Part shown: positions 35,742 to 48,885 of the stretch, piece by piece
Position numbering within the stretch: position 1 is the first letter of the stretch
Layout: each line of letters opens with the position of its first letter
Assembly: GCA_026770705.1 (NCBI GenBank)
Contig: JANJGN010000188.1
Span: 496,001 to 560,000 of the forward strand
Length of the DNA: 64,000 bases
Direction of reading: 5' to 3'
Source: Isurus oxyrinchus
Taxonomy: Eukaryota
Position numbers and translations under genes: made by a program
The notes under the pieces: model-generated
Database searches by the model: none
Seen by the model: only the letters and a program-made list of their open reading frames with translations
What the model was told of the DNA's origin: nothing

Positions 35742-38661
35742 TGAATTCGGTAAAATCACACCAGCAAACTGTCCCAAGGACTTAAGAAAAAAGTTATCAT
35801 TAACAATAAAGCTGACGCTCAGCCATGCAAGGAGACATTGGGTCAGGTGACAAAAGCTTTCACAAAGAGGTAGATTTTAAAGAGCGTCCTATGAATTAGA
35901 GAAGTGGAGGGGTTTAGAGAGGGAGTCCAGAATTTTACACCAGGTCAGCTGAGTGCACGGTTGTCAATGCTGTAGTGATTAAAACCCGGAATGTACAAGC
36001 TGGCAGAAAAGCAGAAATCTGCACGTTTTCTTGGGCTGGAGGAGGTTACAGAGAAAATGAGGGGGAAGTCATGGGGAGATTTAAAAGGAAGGATGAGGGT
36101 TTTAAAATTGAGGCAATTCCAGGCCAGGAGCCAGTGTCGGTCAACAATGACTGTGCTGATTGGTGAACTGGACTTGGTTCAGGTGAAGTACCAGGAAGCA
36201 GAATTTTCGATGAGCACAGTTATCTGTGGGGTGGAACATGTGATGCTGGCTAGGGGGACGCTGGAATAGTCAAGTCTAGAGTGAACAAAGATATGGAAGA
36301 GGGTTTCAGCAGCTGGTTAGCTGAGGCACGGTCAGATTTGACCGATGTTTAGGCTGTGCAAGTACAATGTGTTCAACTGATAACGTTCTCTCAGTCTGTC
36401 TAATGTCAATCAGTTTTATCAGGGATAATGGGAGTAAATTGGATCCAGCTTCAGGCTTTATTTTTCAATATTAAGGATGTAACTGTATCTATCTCTGGAT
36501 AATTTTGTCAGTGCGGGAGCTTTCACATTTCACTGTGATCAGAAGCTGAACAAAGTATCCCAGACTGAGAGAAAAGACTGAGACACTTTAAAGCTGACAA
36601 TTGCCCTTCAAGTGGCCCAGTTGGGATCATTTCCTGCAGGATTTTTGCTGTCCATGAACCATTAACATCAATAATTCCTGGCACTGGGTTCACTGTGAGG
36701 GATGAAGAGTCAGTGAGCAGAGTGGAGTGTCACAGTAGTTCCGTTCGTGACTCTCCCCATCCCGGTAGTTTAGTGAGGATCGGTCTATCTGGGAATGTCC
36801 CAAATTCCGCCTGATTACCATCCTTCAACCCTGAGACAACTGACAGCTGTCAGTTACTCCAGTATCGGGATCACGGGGAGTTCATTGTGGTTCCCTGTTT
36901 AAACAATGCAATAACAAACAAGGTTCATAGAAAATATCATAACTCAGATTCAGAAGTAGATGAGGACATGGGGGCAATGTGCGCAGTCGACCTTCTGTTT
37001 CAAGTTCCTTAACGATATGGAAAACTCAATGATATTTGTTGCATTGTTGCTATTTGGTCGTGTGGCCTACTAAATAATGCTTTCTACTTCCATATGTCGT
37101 GCAAGGTTATCAGAAGGTTTTTTGTTGGAATCATGTAATTTGTCTTATGATCGCTTCACGCAGATAAATTGCTGTGTACAGATTGTCTAGCACACCTTGT
37201 GTGTAGAAATTTTTTCTAATTCCCGTGGTAAACACTCTGGGTTTAGCTCTTTGACGGTGGCACTGGTTCCTAGATTCTCAGTCAGCGGAAATAGTTTTGG
37301 GCTGATCTTACCTGTTCAAAGTTACAATAAATGTAACTAATCCCTCCTTCTATCATCAGGAATGACCTCGGGAAAGGGAAAATCAGTTGGTTAAGTGCCG
37401 GGACTGAGTTGTGGCTTGGTGTCAGGGAGTGAAGAGGATTAGGAAGGAGCTTAAGAGACAAAGAGAGTTACAGAGGAAGAAAGCTGAAAGATTGGCGAGG
37501 AGGAAGAGAGAAGAATATGAATGGCGTTCATCATTTTTCAAATTTTCTTCCATGAAGCATCAAAAGAGAAAATAACCTCTGTGCCAAGGAGCTGCTGATA
37601 GTGCAGAGACCAGAAAATATAACTGGAATTAAGAGAATCATCGTGTTCACTGAGGGAGAGGCAATGGGATTAGAAAATAAAAGTTACGATGGGGCCGGAA
37701 ATGAAAGGCAGGATCCAGAAAGCTGCTGTCTGAACGCAAAGTAAATAAAGGGAACAAATAAACTTAACAAATGAACAAAATGGTGGCAGAGGTTATAATG
37801 TAAGTTATTCTGTCATGTTACAGTCACTGTTTACAAGATGCGCATTTACTCTCAAATTATTAATGAATTCTGCCGAATTAGTCATTACTAAATCGAGTGC
37901 AGCCGCTTCATCTAGTTTTTAATATATGGTATTTTAGCAAGCTTTCCTGGTTTCAAGCTACCAATTCACTGATTTCACTGAAATTTCGATTCAGCCCAGT
38001 TGAAATGAAAAGCCAGCATGGGTGCCGGGACACATACGGGACGTGGGCTAACTATTGATGTGAAGGGTCGTTCCTCTCAAGGAACAGTATTATTCCAGGA
38101 CTCTGAAAACAACCACAGTTCCTGAATCTCTCCCGTCACTGACTCCCAATCCTGTCGATGGTGCTATCTCATGAACTCCAAGAAGGTAACGCATTCGCTC
38201 ATTAAAATCACAAGCATGACTCTTTTACTGAAACATTTGGTCTCAGGCAGAGAGCTTAGTTCACCACCAACACCTCCTGGGAATTACATGCAATGCATTC
38301 ACTTGCTTAATAAATGCCTGGTTACTGGTTGATATATGCACACACCCTTGTCAGCCTCAATGGCCTTCAAGAGTAAAGGCTTCCTCCCATCTGGTTTAGA
38401 AGATGCGCCCCTGCAGTTTGAGTTCAGAAGGACATCACTAGTGAAGACTGCATGCACCAGGCGGCTTATAACCAGGATTCTCTTTTCTAAATATTTCAGA
38501 GTCTGCAATTTTTCTGGTGCTATAAAAAAAAATTGACGATGATGCAGTTCCACCTTCTCTTGCCCGCAGTTCTGAAAGCTAGGGACTTAATTTGAGACCC
38601 TGATAGTCCGATGGCTGCAAGTGGGTGTTGCTGCTACACCACGATGGGATGTGAAAACGTT

Positions 38662-39100
38662 TGAGGACTCCGGGTCTATACTCAATGGAGTTTAGAAGAA
38701 TAAGGGGGGGATTTGATTGGAACTTACAGGATACTCACAAACCTGGATAGAGTGGACGTGGGGAAGATGTTTCCATTAGTGGGAGAGACTAGGAACCGAT
38801 GGCACATCCTCAGAGTAAAGGGAAGACCTTTTTGAACAGAGTTGAGGGGAAACATCTTTAGCCAGAGAGTGTTGAATCTATGGAATCCATTGCCACAGAA
38901 GGCTATGGAGGCCAGGTCGTTGAATGTATTTAAGACTGAGATAGATAGGTTCTTGATTGGTAAGGTGATCAAAGGTTACTTGGAGAAGGGGGGGAAATGA
39001 GGTTGAGAAACTTATCAGCGATGATTGAATGGTGAAGCAGGCTCGATGAGCCGAATGGCCTAATTTCTGCTCGTATGTCTTATGGTCTTATGGTCTTATG
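38662..39100 (+). mobile_element. Young 5'-truncated CR1 LINE
   Basis: GLYSMEFRRIRGDLIGTY... with a 3' UTR ending in (TATGGTCT)n-like tail repeats. Confidence 0.9.
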
Positions 39101-41302
39101 AAAATAGACAATATGCTTTCATTTCATTTTCAATTGTAATTGTGTCATGCCTCCTTTCCCACTCCCATTATTTAATCCTGCCTCCAGGCGGTATCCTTTA
39201 TGAAAAAATGGATTCTCGAGGAACTTTGTAATTTCGGCATGCATTGATGGTTGATTGGCAGTTGCCCCCTGAGGTCTGCCATAATTCTGGTAAGAACTGC
39301 TGGTCTTTTTGCAAAAGATTTTAAAAAAATGTTTCAATGATGGACATCGTATCATCGTAAAGAACGAGTCAAAGCTTGATCGCTGTGATTTCTCATTTAA
39401 ATTCCCAGCGTGGTGACAAAAAACACTCATTAGCATCGATCAACCTCAAACGTCAAGGCTCAACTAGGCAGGCCACTATGTGCCTTAGAGTGCGGTAGAG
39501 CAAGGTTTTTCGTCATTCTCACCAATGTAACATCCCTGACAAGGTGGGCATCCTCATCCCTTGAGAATGGTTAAGAGGCAACCACATTTCTGCAGGCCAG
39601 ACTGGGTAAGGGCAGCAGATTTCCATCCCTAAAGGACATTTATGAATCTGATTTTTTTACATCAACCAATGATAGTCTAATGTGAGTCAGCATTATTTAA
39701 ATCAGATTTATATCCCAGAATTTCTCAACTGATTTGAAATTCGATCAGCTGCCATAGTTGGATTTGAACATGTGTCCCCTGAGTATTAACCTCCCTGGAT
39801 TACTAATCCAGTCACATGACCAATAAAAAAGGCCTGTCAATTGAGGTAAGCCCCATTCTCTCTAATCCATTGCTTGTGAGCAGATTCTTGGGAAAGTCGA
39901 GGGGGAGAACATGATGTGAACTCTCAGCATGACCTAAGTTCACATAATGGAGGGATAGTTCCACAAGCACTCACACACTTTTCATCTTCAGACCTGCTGT
40001 CAACTGCCATTGTCCATGCCCTCCAAGGGACCAAAAACGTCCCGCATGAGCTTTCAAGGTTTCATAGCTTCAATGGAAAGAGGAAACTCGCAGATACTTT
40101 ATCTTGCTCCCCAGAGGAATTCAAGGGCTATAAATTCAGAAGCCGTGGAGGGGGCGCAGGGGCGGGGGTTGCATGGGGATGATCCACATGCATTTCATTA
40201 CATTCAATGGCAGAATCTCTATCCGCACAACTCTGTTTTCAGGTGCCTCAAACTATTCATCATAATGTGCAGGGACCCGGCAATCACACACTGTAGAGGA
40301 AGCAGCTGATCAGCTTAGTGCAGCATGGAACAGAGAATTCTTTCCCAGCTTTGTGACACAGAATACATGCTCGTACGTTGGCATAGCTGTTCAACTGAGT
40401 GCACAGCCTATCGTACTCTGCACACAGGATACCATTCTTCTGTCTCACAGCTTTCCGTTCAGCCTGTTGCACTCGGTAGCAGAAATGTAGTATGCATGGA
40501 GGTGGATAAAGTGGTATTGGATCTGCAATGCTGGACAACGCATGTGCATTACCCACCCATGTAAATTCAGCTGTTACCAAAGGAAGGTCAGCAGAATGTG
40601 GCTGTGAATGCAGCTGGTGAGGGACTTTGTGTCTCATTGGCCTGATGTGGCTGTTTTGTTTCTGACTGTGGGCTAAACGTTGACTCTCAGCCTCCTGCTG
40701 CCTTTCCTCCTTCCCTCTGGCTAGCTCACTCGGCTCCTTTCCACTGTCACTCTACAGAGTGTCCGTTTTCACCAATGCTGAGCACTGCTCGGTGCCACAG
40801 TTGGAGGTTGACAGGTTCCTGGTGGTGGATGATTCCTCCTCGTACTCCACCTCCAGCCTGGCCATTGTGCCTGCAAAGAGCAGTCAGCTAGTCCCCAACC
40901 TATGCCCAGGTGAGGGAAACTGTTTTCGCTTTTTCTGTGGTGAGCAATCGCCATTGCCATGGAGTCAAGCGGCTGGAGGCTGCACACTGCCCTTGGTCTT
41001 CACTTTTTTCACCTTCTGTGTGCTCGCTCCTTCTGCACGGTCAGCAACAGCGTCCAGCTGCAGATCAACAGTGTGCTGGGCTCCTTCATTAACTCTGCAA
41101 ATGTAATATTTGAATGTCTCTGAAATCAGTCAATTCACAATAAATAGGATTGAATAAAAGTGTTCTTTGTTTATTGCAGCTAATATATCTGCCTCTGTAA
41201 CAGTGCAATGATCATTGCTTGTGCTGTGCTCTGCAGACAAGAACATAAGCCATTTACGTGAGTTCACTATTACACGTGGACTAGTTCATCCTGTGAGCAG
41301 AG

Positions 41303-41713
41303 ATGGCTTGTACCAAAGAGATAGCCTGGAAGTCCACCGGCGGCAAAGCGCCCAGGAAGCAGCTGGCCACCAAGGCAGCCCGGAAATGCGCCCCCTCCAC
41401 TGGCGGAGTGAAGAAACCTCATTGCTGCAGGTGTGTTTTCAGACGTGCTCCGAGAAATCAGCCGATGACAGAATTCCACCCAGTTGCTTATCCGCAAACT
41501 GTCCTTCCAGCACCTGGTGAGGGAAATTGCCCAGTGCTTCGAAACTATCCTGAGGATCAGTGTGCGGTAATTGGAACATTGCAGGAAGCCAGAGTGGCCG
41601 ACTTGGGTGGCCTGTTTGAGGATACCAACCTGTGTGCCACCCATGCCAAAAGAGTGACCGCAATGCCCAAAGACACCCAGCTGGCACGACGGCTCCTGGG
41701 GTAGTGTGCCTAA
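41303..41713 (+). pseudogene. H3F3: Histone H3.3-type intronless pseudogene
   Basis: 411 nt from ATG to the ancestral [34 protein letters not shown] (S31) and AVIG at 87-90. Frameshifts and stops. An A14 tract lies at 41940-41953. Confidence 0.92.
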
Positions 41714-44700
41714 ACTCTTTGCTTCATTACATTTCCTCCATACTATTTTGAAGTGACGTTTAAACATTTTCTGAAACATTATTGGACTGTTGGTTTAGCT
41801 TCTTGTGGAGGCTGGGCCTTTATTTTGTATTTTTGTTAGTTTTGAGTATTGAGCGTGAATCAGTGTGGAAGCAGCGAAACATTTTGTAAGCAGTCCTTCC
41901 AAACTCTTGGCTCAGGTTGCAAAATGAACATTAGTATGTAAAAAAAAAAAAAATGAATTGGTCGAGTTTGACCTATACATGCACGTCTAACAGGAAGTAT
42001 TTCAGAAACGATTGTGCAGAGTGATTTTTTGAACAGTTTTCTGGTTACTCTTACACTCTATGTTGTTTGCCATGACCCCAGGCCTATTCAATAACCTAGA
42101 TTTTCACTGTCAAAAGCGCTGATCTTCACTGCGGTCTTCTCTATGTTACAGTAGGAGAAAATAAAGAAGAAATCTTACCACTTATTATCAAAATTTCGCC
42201 AAGAAACTCCCTCCCCCCTTATATTTCACAGGGCCCGTCCCCCCTCCCTCCCTATCCTACTTGTCGCTCACGGCAGACAGCGGTTCAATCCTGGTCAGCA
42301 GCTCCACGTTCCAGAAAACCAGCCATAACTTTCGAGTCGTTACAGTGTCCATATGGTCGATAGGGATGGTGATAAGACTGGACAAACCCTGGTAGGAACC
42401 TGCTGAGGGACTGTTTAAGGTCAATGGTCAGAATGGCAGCAGTGGTCAGAAAAGACTGAAAATTAGTGGCGGGAAGCAAAAAGATCTGGGAACACGTTAT
42501 GACAAGGATTGATGACTACACCAATCTAGAGATTTATTTGAAATCTATTGGAATGCAAATGTTCCTAGAGCATTTCAACTGGGGGTAGTTATTAAACCTC
42601 AAGTGGACATTTTGTCCACTTCAAACTAAGTTGAAGAAAACCGCTCCTTGTATGCGGGGAAGGCACTGATAAAGAGTGGAAACTGAAACATTGTCTGAAT
42701 AAAGCACGAGCGGCAGATGAAGAGATTTCCGCGGTTCAGATAAACATATAACAAAGATCATCCCCTGTATGTGCTGGAGGTTTTGGAGATACCCTTGTGG
42801 TGAGGACTGCCTGCGGTCATTGTTTCTCTGCTCTACATCCAGAGAGCAGGGAGTGTAATTTCTCGCCGAAGATGCACCATGCCGACTGGCTCAGCACAGG
42901 GCCGACTGCTGCATAACTAGCGGCCTCATCATGTGGAGGAGGTTTCAAACTGCAGCAGCCATATGCCCCGTCTCCCTAAAGATCACATTCGGAGGATGAA
43001 GCGGAGATTTCTCTCAATGTCACAGCCCTATGCGGAAATATTTGATTAACTGGACATTTATTTCAAAGAATATGGGAAAAAAAATCATTGGATATGTTTC
43101 AATCCAGTTGTTCCCCTCTCTCACCCGCCTCCCCCACTAAAATGAACTCCAGGCTGGTCTGTTTCCCTCCACCCACCCTCTATCACCATGCCGTTCTGGC
43201 TCCCCCTCCCCAGTCTACATGCTCTCCTGACTCCCCCCTTACCCTTACCGAAGAACAAAATAATTGTTTGCATTCGCATCCCCTCTCTAGGGATCTACAT
43301 GGTTCCGGACTTGCCCTTCACCCACGCCAGATTTGAAAACATTTAGCCTCTCCCAGCTCGGGTCTAAGGCTCGAACCTCTCGCATTCTCGCTCGTGCTCA
43401 GTCCTGATCCACACGGACCTTCTTCAGTTACCGATCTCAAACAGAAAGGGGCACCCTGGGAGCGGCAGGTACTGGGGAGTGGCCTCTGGACCACACGAAG
43501 GGTTTTTAATGTGACCACTTCTGTGTGTCTGGGAGGAGCAGAGGCGAATCCTCTAATACTGACCATCCCAGGCAAAGGCTGCATTCCGACTTCCTGTCCC
43601 ACAGCAAGAGGGTTTAGATGATGTTTGGAGAACTAACAATGTGCGGGGTTGTGGGGTGAAGGCAGGTGAATTACATCAGGTGAAATATTCATGCTGTAAA
43701 ATCCTCTATAAATTGTGTTTCGTTCTGCTATCGCTTTCAAAAATTACCGGCGGGAATAACTCCTCGTTCACAACAATCTAAAAGTGACAAATGAAACTTG
43801 AACATGCAGCAAGGCTGTAAAGTAGGCACGACACAAATGTAAGTCGGAAAGTAAGTTGTGAAGAGGGCGTGAGACTCTCAATATGTTACGTGATTGGACA
43901 AAGACTTAGCAAATGGAATAGAATGTCGTAAAACGTCAGGTTGTCCATTTTGATTGGATGGACAAAAAAGAGGCACATAATCCAACTGGTGAGAGATTGC
44001 AGAGCTCTGAGATGCAAAGGAGACTGGGTATCCTACTGCATGAATCATTTTGTTTCCGTGCACTGCTAAACTCTCCAATACCATTGAAAATCGGACAGTC
44101 CAGAGTCCCATGGGAGATCCTTACTTTCTCCGAGACCAGGATGGGTGCTTTTGAAAAGTTCTCATTCGCTGAAAAAGCCTCAGTTTCGACTTAAACCTAT
44201 TTTATTGCTGCAGAGATCGCGCTCTCTCACCCATTCACTAATATGTTCTCTACTTTCCTACTGAAGTCATAAAATCAACTAAATATTTCCGTTTAATTCT
44301 CACTCAGAGGTGTGTAAGTATTAACTTTTGCACGGTCCCAGCAAACTCGCTAGCCCCTTCACTCTTCCCACGTTTCTGCTGGATTGTTTTGTGAAGATGT
44401 GCTCAAAAATAGCAAATGGCCTGTGGGGAATGAGCCCAAACTGTGCTTCCTAAAAGGACAAGTCCGATTTTTCATTGTTCTCTGACCTATTCCCTATCTC
44501 CAGTTCTTATGTTCAGATGCGGAACAAAGTGAGTTGCAGAAAATGTTCATTTCACTTGCTGATTTGCAGCGGAAAACCGCGCATGAGGTATTTAGTTCCA
44601 AACTGAACGCAGCTTATTCATGAGTCGGAGACTGATAGATACAGAATCAATCCCACACTCACAGCTAGTAACAGAGATTGATATTTACAGAATCAATCTA

Positions 44701-45039
44701 ACATCCATCCGTGGTGCCAAAGACTGATATTCGTGCGCAGGAATCGATATTCAAATAAAAAAATGGATGCAGCAGATGGAAAGTATTCAGAGAATCACTG
44801 AATGTGACAAATCTGAGTAATTCTATCCCGGCTCCACACTACAGCTCAGGGAAAGCCTTTATTATCATCAAGAAGGTATACATCTGAGTTACATTTTAAA
44901 TGGAAGATACGTGGAGGTGGGAAATAATTATATTTCTATTAAACCCGCCCGTGTGTTCGGAGCACAATCTCACCGAAATGGATCAATTTCAGCTTCAAGC
45001 TAGGGGTTTCTGGTTTGAGAGGTTTAACAACCAAGAAAC

Positions 45040-45111
45040 TGTGCTGGCTGGGAACAGAAACCGGATCAACTGCTTAGAAGGTAGCGACGCTCCCCACTAT
45101 AACACCATCGA
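45040..45111 (-). pseudogene. tRNA-Gly-derived pseudogene
   Basis: Paralogous to 23506 and 35670. The anticodon has mutated to TCT and the T-arm is degenerate. Confidence 0.75.
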
Positions 45112-46369
45112 TAAGTCCCAGCATTGATGCTTAACAATAAGTCACAAAATTCTTAAGAAGAGGGTTATAATTACAAGTGAAGCAAAAATGATGCTGAGCC
45201 ACAGAAGAACACATTAAATCAGACGACAAAAGCTTGCTCAAAGCAGAAGCTTTTAAATAATATCTTAAACATCAGAAGGAGCGGGAGAAGTGGCGTATTT
45301 TAGGGAGGGAATGCAGAATTTTAGACCAGGTCAGCATCAACTACAATTTATTTGATTAAATTCAGTTCCTCTGTTTCATGCCAACTGGAAACTGTCCTTG
45401 ACATGAATCTCTTGTGGTATCTGTCAATGTGTCAGAGAAGCGGATTGGGCCCCTATGGAACCCTTTCAACAGTGACTGCAATAGGACCCCTGGGTAGGGT
45501 TGCTGCAATTCCCGGAATACATTGACAGCTTTTTTTTTTATTATTGCTTCGTGGATGTGAAAACCGCTGGTAAGGCCATCATTTATTTATGCAGTTTCTT
45601 TCTCCTGTCAGTGTTTAATTGTCCACCACTATTCACAACTGGATGTGGAAGGCCTGCAGTGCTTTGGTCTGATCCGATGCTTATGGCGTCACTTCGAAAG
45701 TGATTGTCTCAGAGGGCAGAAGACAATGGTTTTCAGGGTACCAAAACCAAAGAGTGCTGTAATGGGAATAAGATAACCAAGATATGTAGAAGGCGCTGGT
45801 TCATCCTCAGCTGGTGTATCCCGCCCCGATCAGGGCGCTTCTCTTTTCGAAGTCAGTGAAAATGTGAAGGATGTTGGAAGGAGGGCAGAAAATGTTCATG
45901 AGAATGTTTTCTAGGATGAGGAGATTCAGTTGTGAGAAGTTAGGGCTGATTTCCTGGGAGAAAGGAAGGTTGAGAGCAGGTTTGTTAGAGGGATTGAAAA
46001 TCACGAAAGTTCTGGAGAAGTTGGATGGGAAGCAAATGTTCCAATCCGTAAAATGATCAAGTTCGAGCTAGCGCAGCTTTAAAGTAATTGTTTGAAATAG
46101 AACAAAAGTGACACGACGAAAAAAATATACTTTTGTTCTCGTGGAAAGTGGTTAAGTTCTGGAATGCACCGCCTGACAGTATGGTGAAGGTAGGTTCGAG
46201 GGAAGCAAAAAGAAGGGAGTTAGACTGTTTTCTCGAAATCAAAACCGTCCATAAAGGGAGAAAGTGGGGAATGTGACTAAGTGAATTGCTCATTCAGACA
46301 CGATGGGTCGAATGACCTTCTCCTGCGCTGTAACATTTCTGAGTTTCTGTGATTCTCTGAGTATAATAA

Positions 46370-47320
46370 GGAAAGAAAAGATGTGTCCAGATGAGGTTGT
46401 GAATGGCAGCACAGCAACCGCCCGAATGTAACATGGACAATAAAGATAAAAACGTGACAAACCAAACAGGCAAGAAGAAAAACAATACACGCTGGAAACA
46501 ACATAAAGGCAGATGCGTGGATCTAAATTAGTTGAACTCAATTTTGAGTCCAGAAGGCTGCAGTTGGAAGATGAGGTGTTCTCCTTCAAAGTTTGCTGTT
46601 GTTGACGCCATTTAGTCCCTAGCTCACGTTCAGTGACGTTGTGTCTGATTGGAGAAGAGCTGCATATGCTCGCCTTTGCCTCATATTCCCTCATACCCTC
46701 TATTAAAACTCTAGGAGTCTCAGATTGAAAATATAACAATCGATCAAGCATGAGTTTCTGCATACAGAGGGAGATCTGAGGTTTAAGCACACTTTCCGTG
46801 TAGAATTGTTTCACAATTTCCATTCTGGCTTTAGATTTTGACTGGCCCTTAGTCCCAGATTTCCAGGAAACGGAAATACATTCAGGCACTGATCTAATGT
46901 TGGCATCCAGAATTCCTGGATCAAATCAGTACATGCATCACGGGGGGATTTCGTTCCAGGGAAAGTCAGCGTCTTCCACGGGCTGAGCTGTGTTTTACAG
47001 TACGGAATTGAGGAGCATGAGGAGGGAGTTCAAGAGGCAAACGATGTTGCACAACAAGAAAGCTGAAAGATTGGCGATGAGCAAGAGCGAGGAATAAGAA
47101 TGGCGATTAGGATTTTTTTCCAAAATGCCTTCAGACAGAAAAGGAAAGCTGCAGAGAAACTGGAAATTGAAAGAAAAATAAACAGAACATTCTGGAAATA
47201 TTCAGCAGCTCATAGAGCATGTATGTAGACAAAAAGTGAACTGTTTAGGTCGATGGCTTCTCATCAAACTGGAAGAAAGAATGTAAATATAACAGTGTTT
47301 AAACCAGTGGTGTGCGGGAG
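46370..47320 (-). repeat. Inverted segmental copy of ~19400-20370
   Basis: 46940-47140 is the reverse complement of 19590-19800. The CHSQPHLDT translation appears on opposite strands (20231+ and 46277-). Confidence 0.75.
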
Positions 47321-48813
47321 TAGGTGGGATGTACATAAGAGAATGTCAATGAGGATGGAGGGCAGGGGGAATGGTTTCATGGTTACAAAAAATATGTAAT
47401 GGCTGTAGGAAAGAAAGCAAGACAATGTGTCTCCATATAAGGTTGTGAATGGACACTTAACAACAGTCCGAATGTAACATGAAAGAATAAAGAGAGAAAC
47501 TTGACCAAACAATGTTGAAGCAGGTGTTCTGATCTAAAATTGTTGAACTCAGTGTTCAGTCCAGAAGGCTCTATCCCACCCAATTGATTGACCAGGGGCA
47601 GTTCCTCGAGCTTTGCTCTTGTTGAGATCCGTTATTTGCTGGAACGTGTTCTGTTATTCTAAGATCCTGGTTGTTCGGTGACTACCTCCCTATGTTCATT
47701 TTTCTCTCATATTCCTTTAAAACCTCTGTTAAGAAAACTCTTTGAAACTCTGATCTATAATAAAGCAATGGGTTAAACATTAATTACCGTAATCAGAAGC
47801 TCCAGCGTCATTTGTGTGCAGAATTATTTTCTAATTCCCATGTTAAAATCTTTGGCTTTAATTCTTTGACTGTGACCTGGGTCCTTGATTCCCAGTCAGC
47901 GGAAGTAGTTTATCGGCCGATCTTATCCGTTCAACGCTACAATCGAAATTGACAAATCCCTCCTGCAAACAAGAGGAAGGATTTCGGTAAAGGGACAGTC
48001 AATGGGTTAAATGTAGGGGCTGAACTGTTGTTTAGTGTCGGGAATTGAAGAGAGTTAGGAGCGAGTTCATGAGACAGAGTTACAGAGGAAGAAAACTGAA
48101 AGATTGGCGAGGAGGAAGAGCGAGGGATATGAATGACGTTCAACATCTTTCAAATGTTGCTCAATGAAAGACCGAAAGAGAAATTAATCTCTGAGACAAG
48201 GAGCTGCTGATCCGTGCAGGGACCATAAAATCGAATCGAAATTTGTAGAATCATGGTTTTTACTGGGGGAGATGTAACGGGACAAGCAAAGAAATAAAAA
48301 TGGTGAATGATTGGGAGCATAATAAAAAGCTGCTGTCCGGAAACAAAAATAGGAGGGGAAAAGTAAATCTTTTAATCCGAAAAAATGGTGGCAGGGATTA
48401 AAATGTAAGTCACACTGTCATGTTACTGTTGCCCTTTTGAAGATGCACTTTTGCTATCAGATTATTAATGAATTCTGGCTCGTTACTCATTACTAAGTTC
48501 AGCATGGCCGGTTCCTCTCGGTTTCATAGTGTCTTGTTTCAGCAAGCTAATCTAGATTGAAGCTACCGATTCACCGATTTTCCGGATATTCCGATTCAAG
48601 CCAGTTTAGGTGAAAAAACAGTTTTTATGCTAAAACACACCCAGGAATGTCGTCCAACTATAGACACTCATTTTCCCACACTCTCACACAAGTCTGAAAA
48701 CAACCGCTGTTCCTTTACTGGCACGAAATGTCAACTTTATATCAACCATTTTCCAATTCTGAAGCCGATTCCAATTTTGTTTGCTTTCTTTGTGTTAATT
48801 TGTAATAAAATGC

Positions 48814-48885
48814 CTCCCCATCGGGGAGTCGAAACCCTGCCTCCCGCCTGACAGGCGGGGTTACTGACCAGTATAGTAACGAAGA
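48814..48885 (-). pseudogene. tRNA-Asp(GTC) pseudogene
   Basis: TCTTCGTTACTATACTGGTCAGTAACCCCGCCTGTCAGGCGGGAGGCAGGGTTTCGACTCCCCGATGGGGAG. The anticodon stem is intact, while the D arm and A box are mutated. Confidence 0.88.

Larger units (their letters stand above)
38346..42455 (-). pseudogene. Most complete copy of a decayed multi-exon gene: N-terminal domain, low-complexity linker, coiled coil with Cys motif, BEN-like domain
   Basis: Predicted exons 42179-42455, ~40345-41094, ~40194-40290, 39975-40067 and 38346-38571, with AG acceptors and mostly GT donors. The last listed exon is open: NCGQEKVELHHRQFFFIAPEKLQTL...ISRLVHAVFTSDVLLNSNCRGASSKPDGRKPLLLKAIEADK. Other exons have stops or frameshifts. 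Confidence 0.65.

Noticed and set aside
41303-41704. Novel functional H3 variant (133-aa ORF)
   Set aside because: The middle of the ORF is out of the H3 frame between compensating frameshifts, and the H3 frame has a stop.
43345-43400. tRNA-like T-loop (GCTCGAACC)
   Set aside because: Not conserved in the paralog at ~54000 and no cloverleaf.
46290-46889. 199-aa ORF (and similarly ORF 921-1493)
   Set aside because: It runs across unrelated repeat fragments with no coherent protein features.
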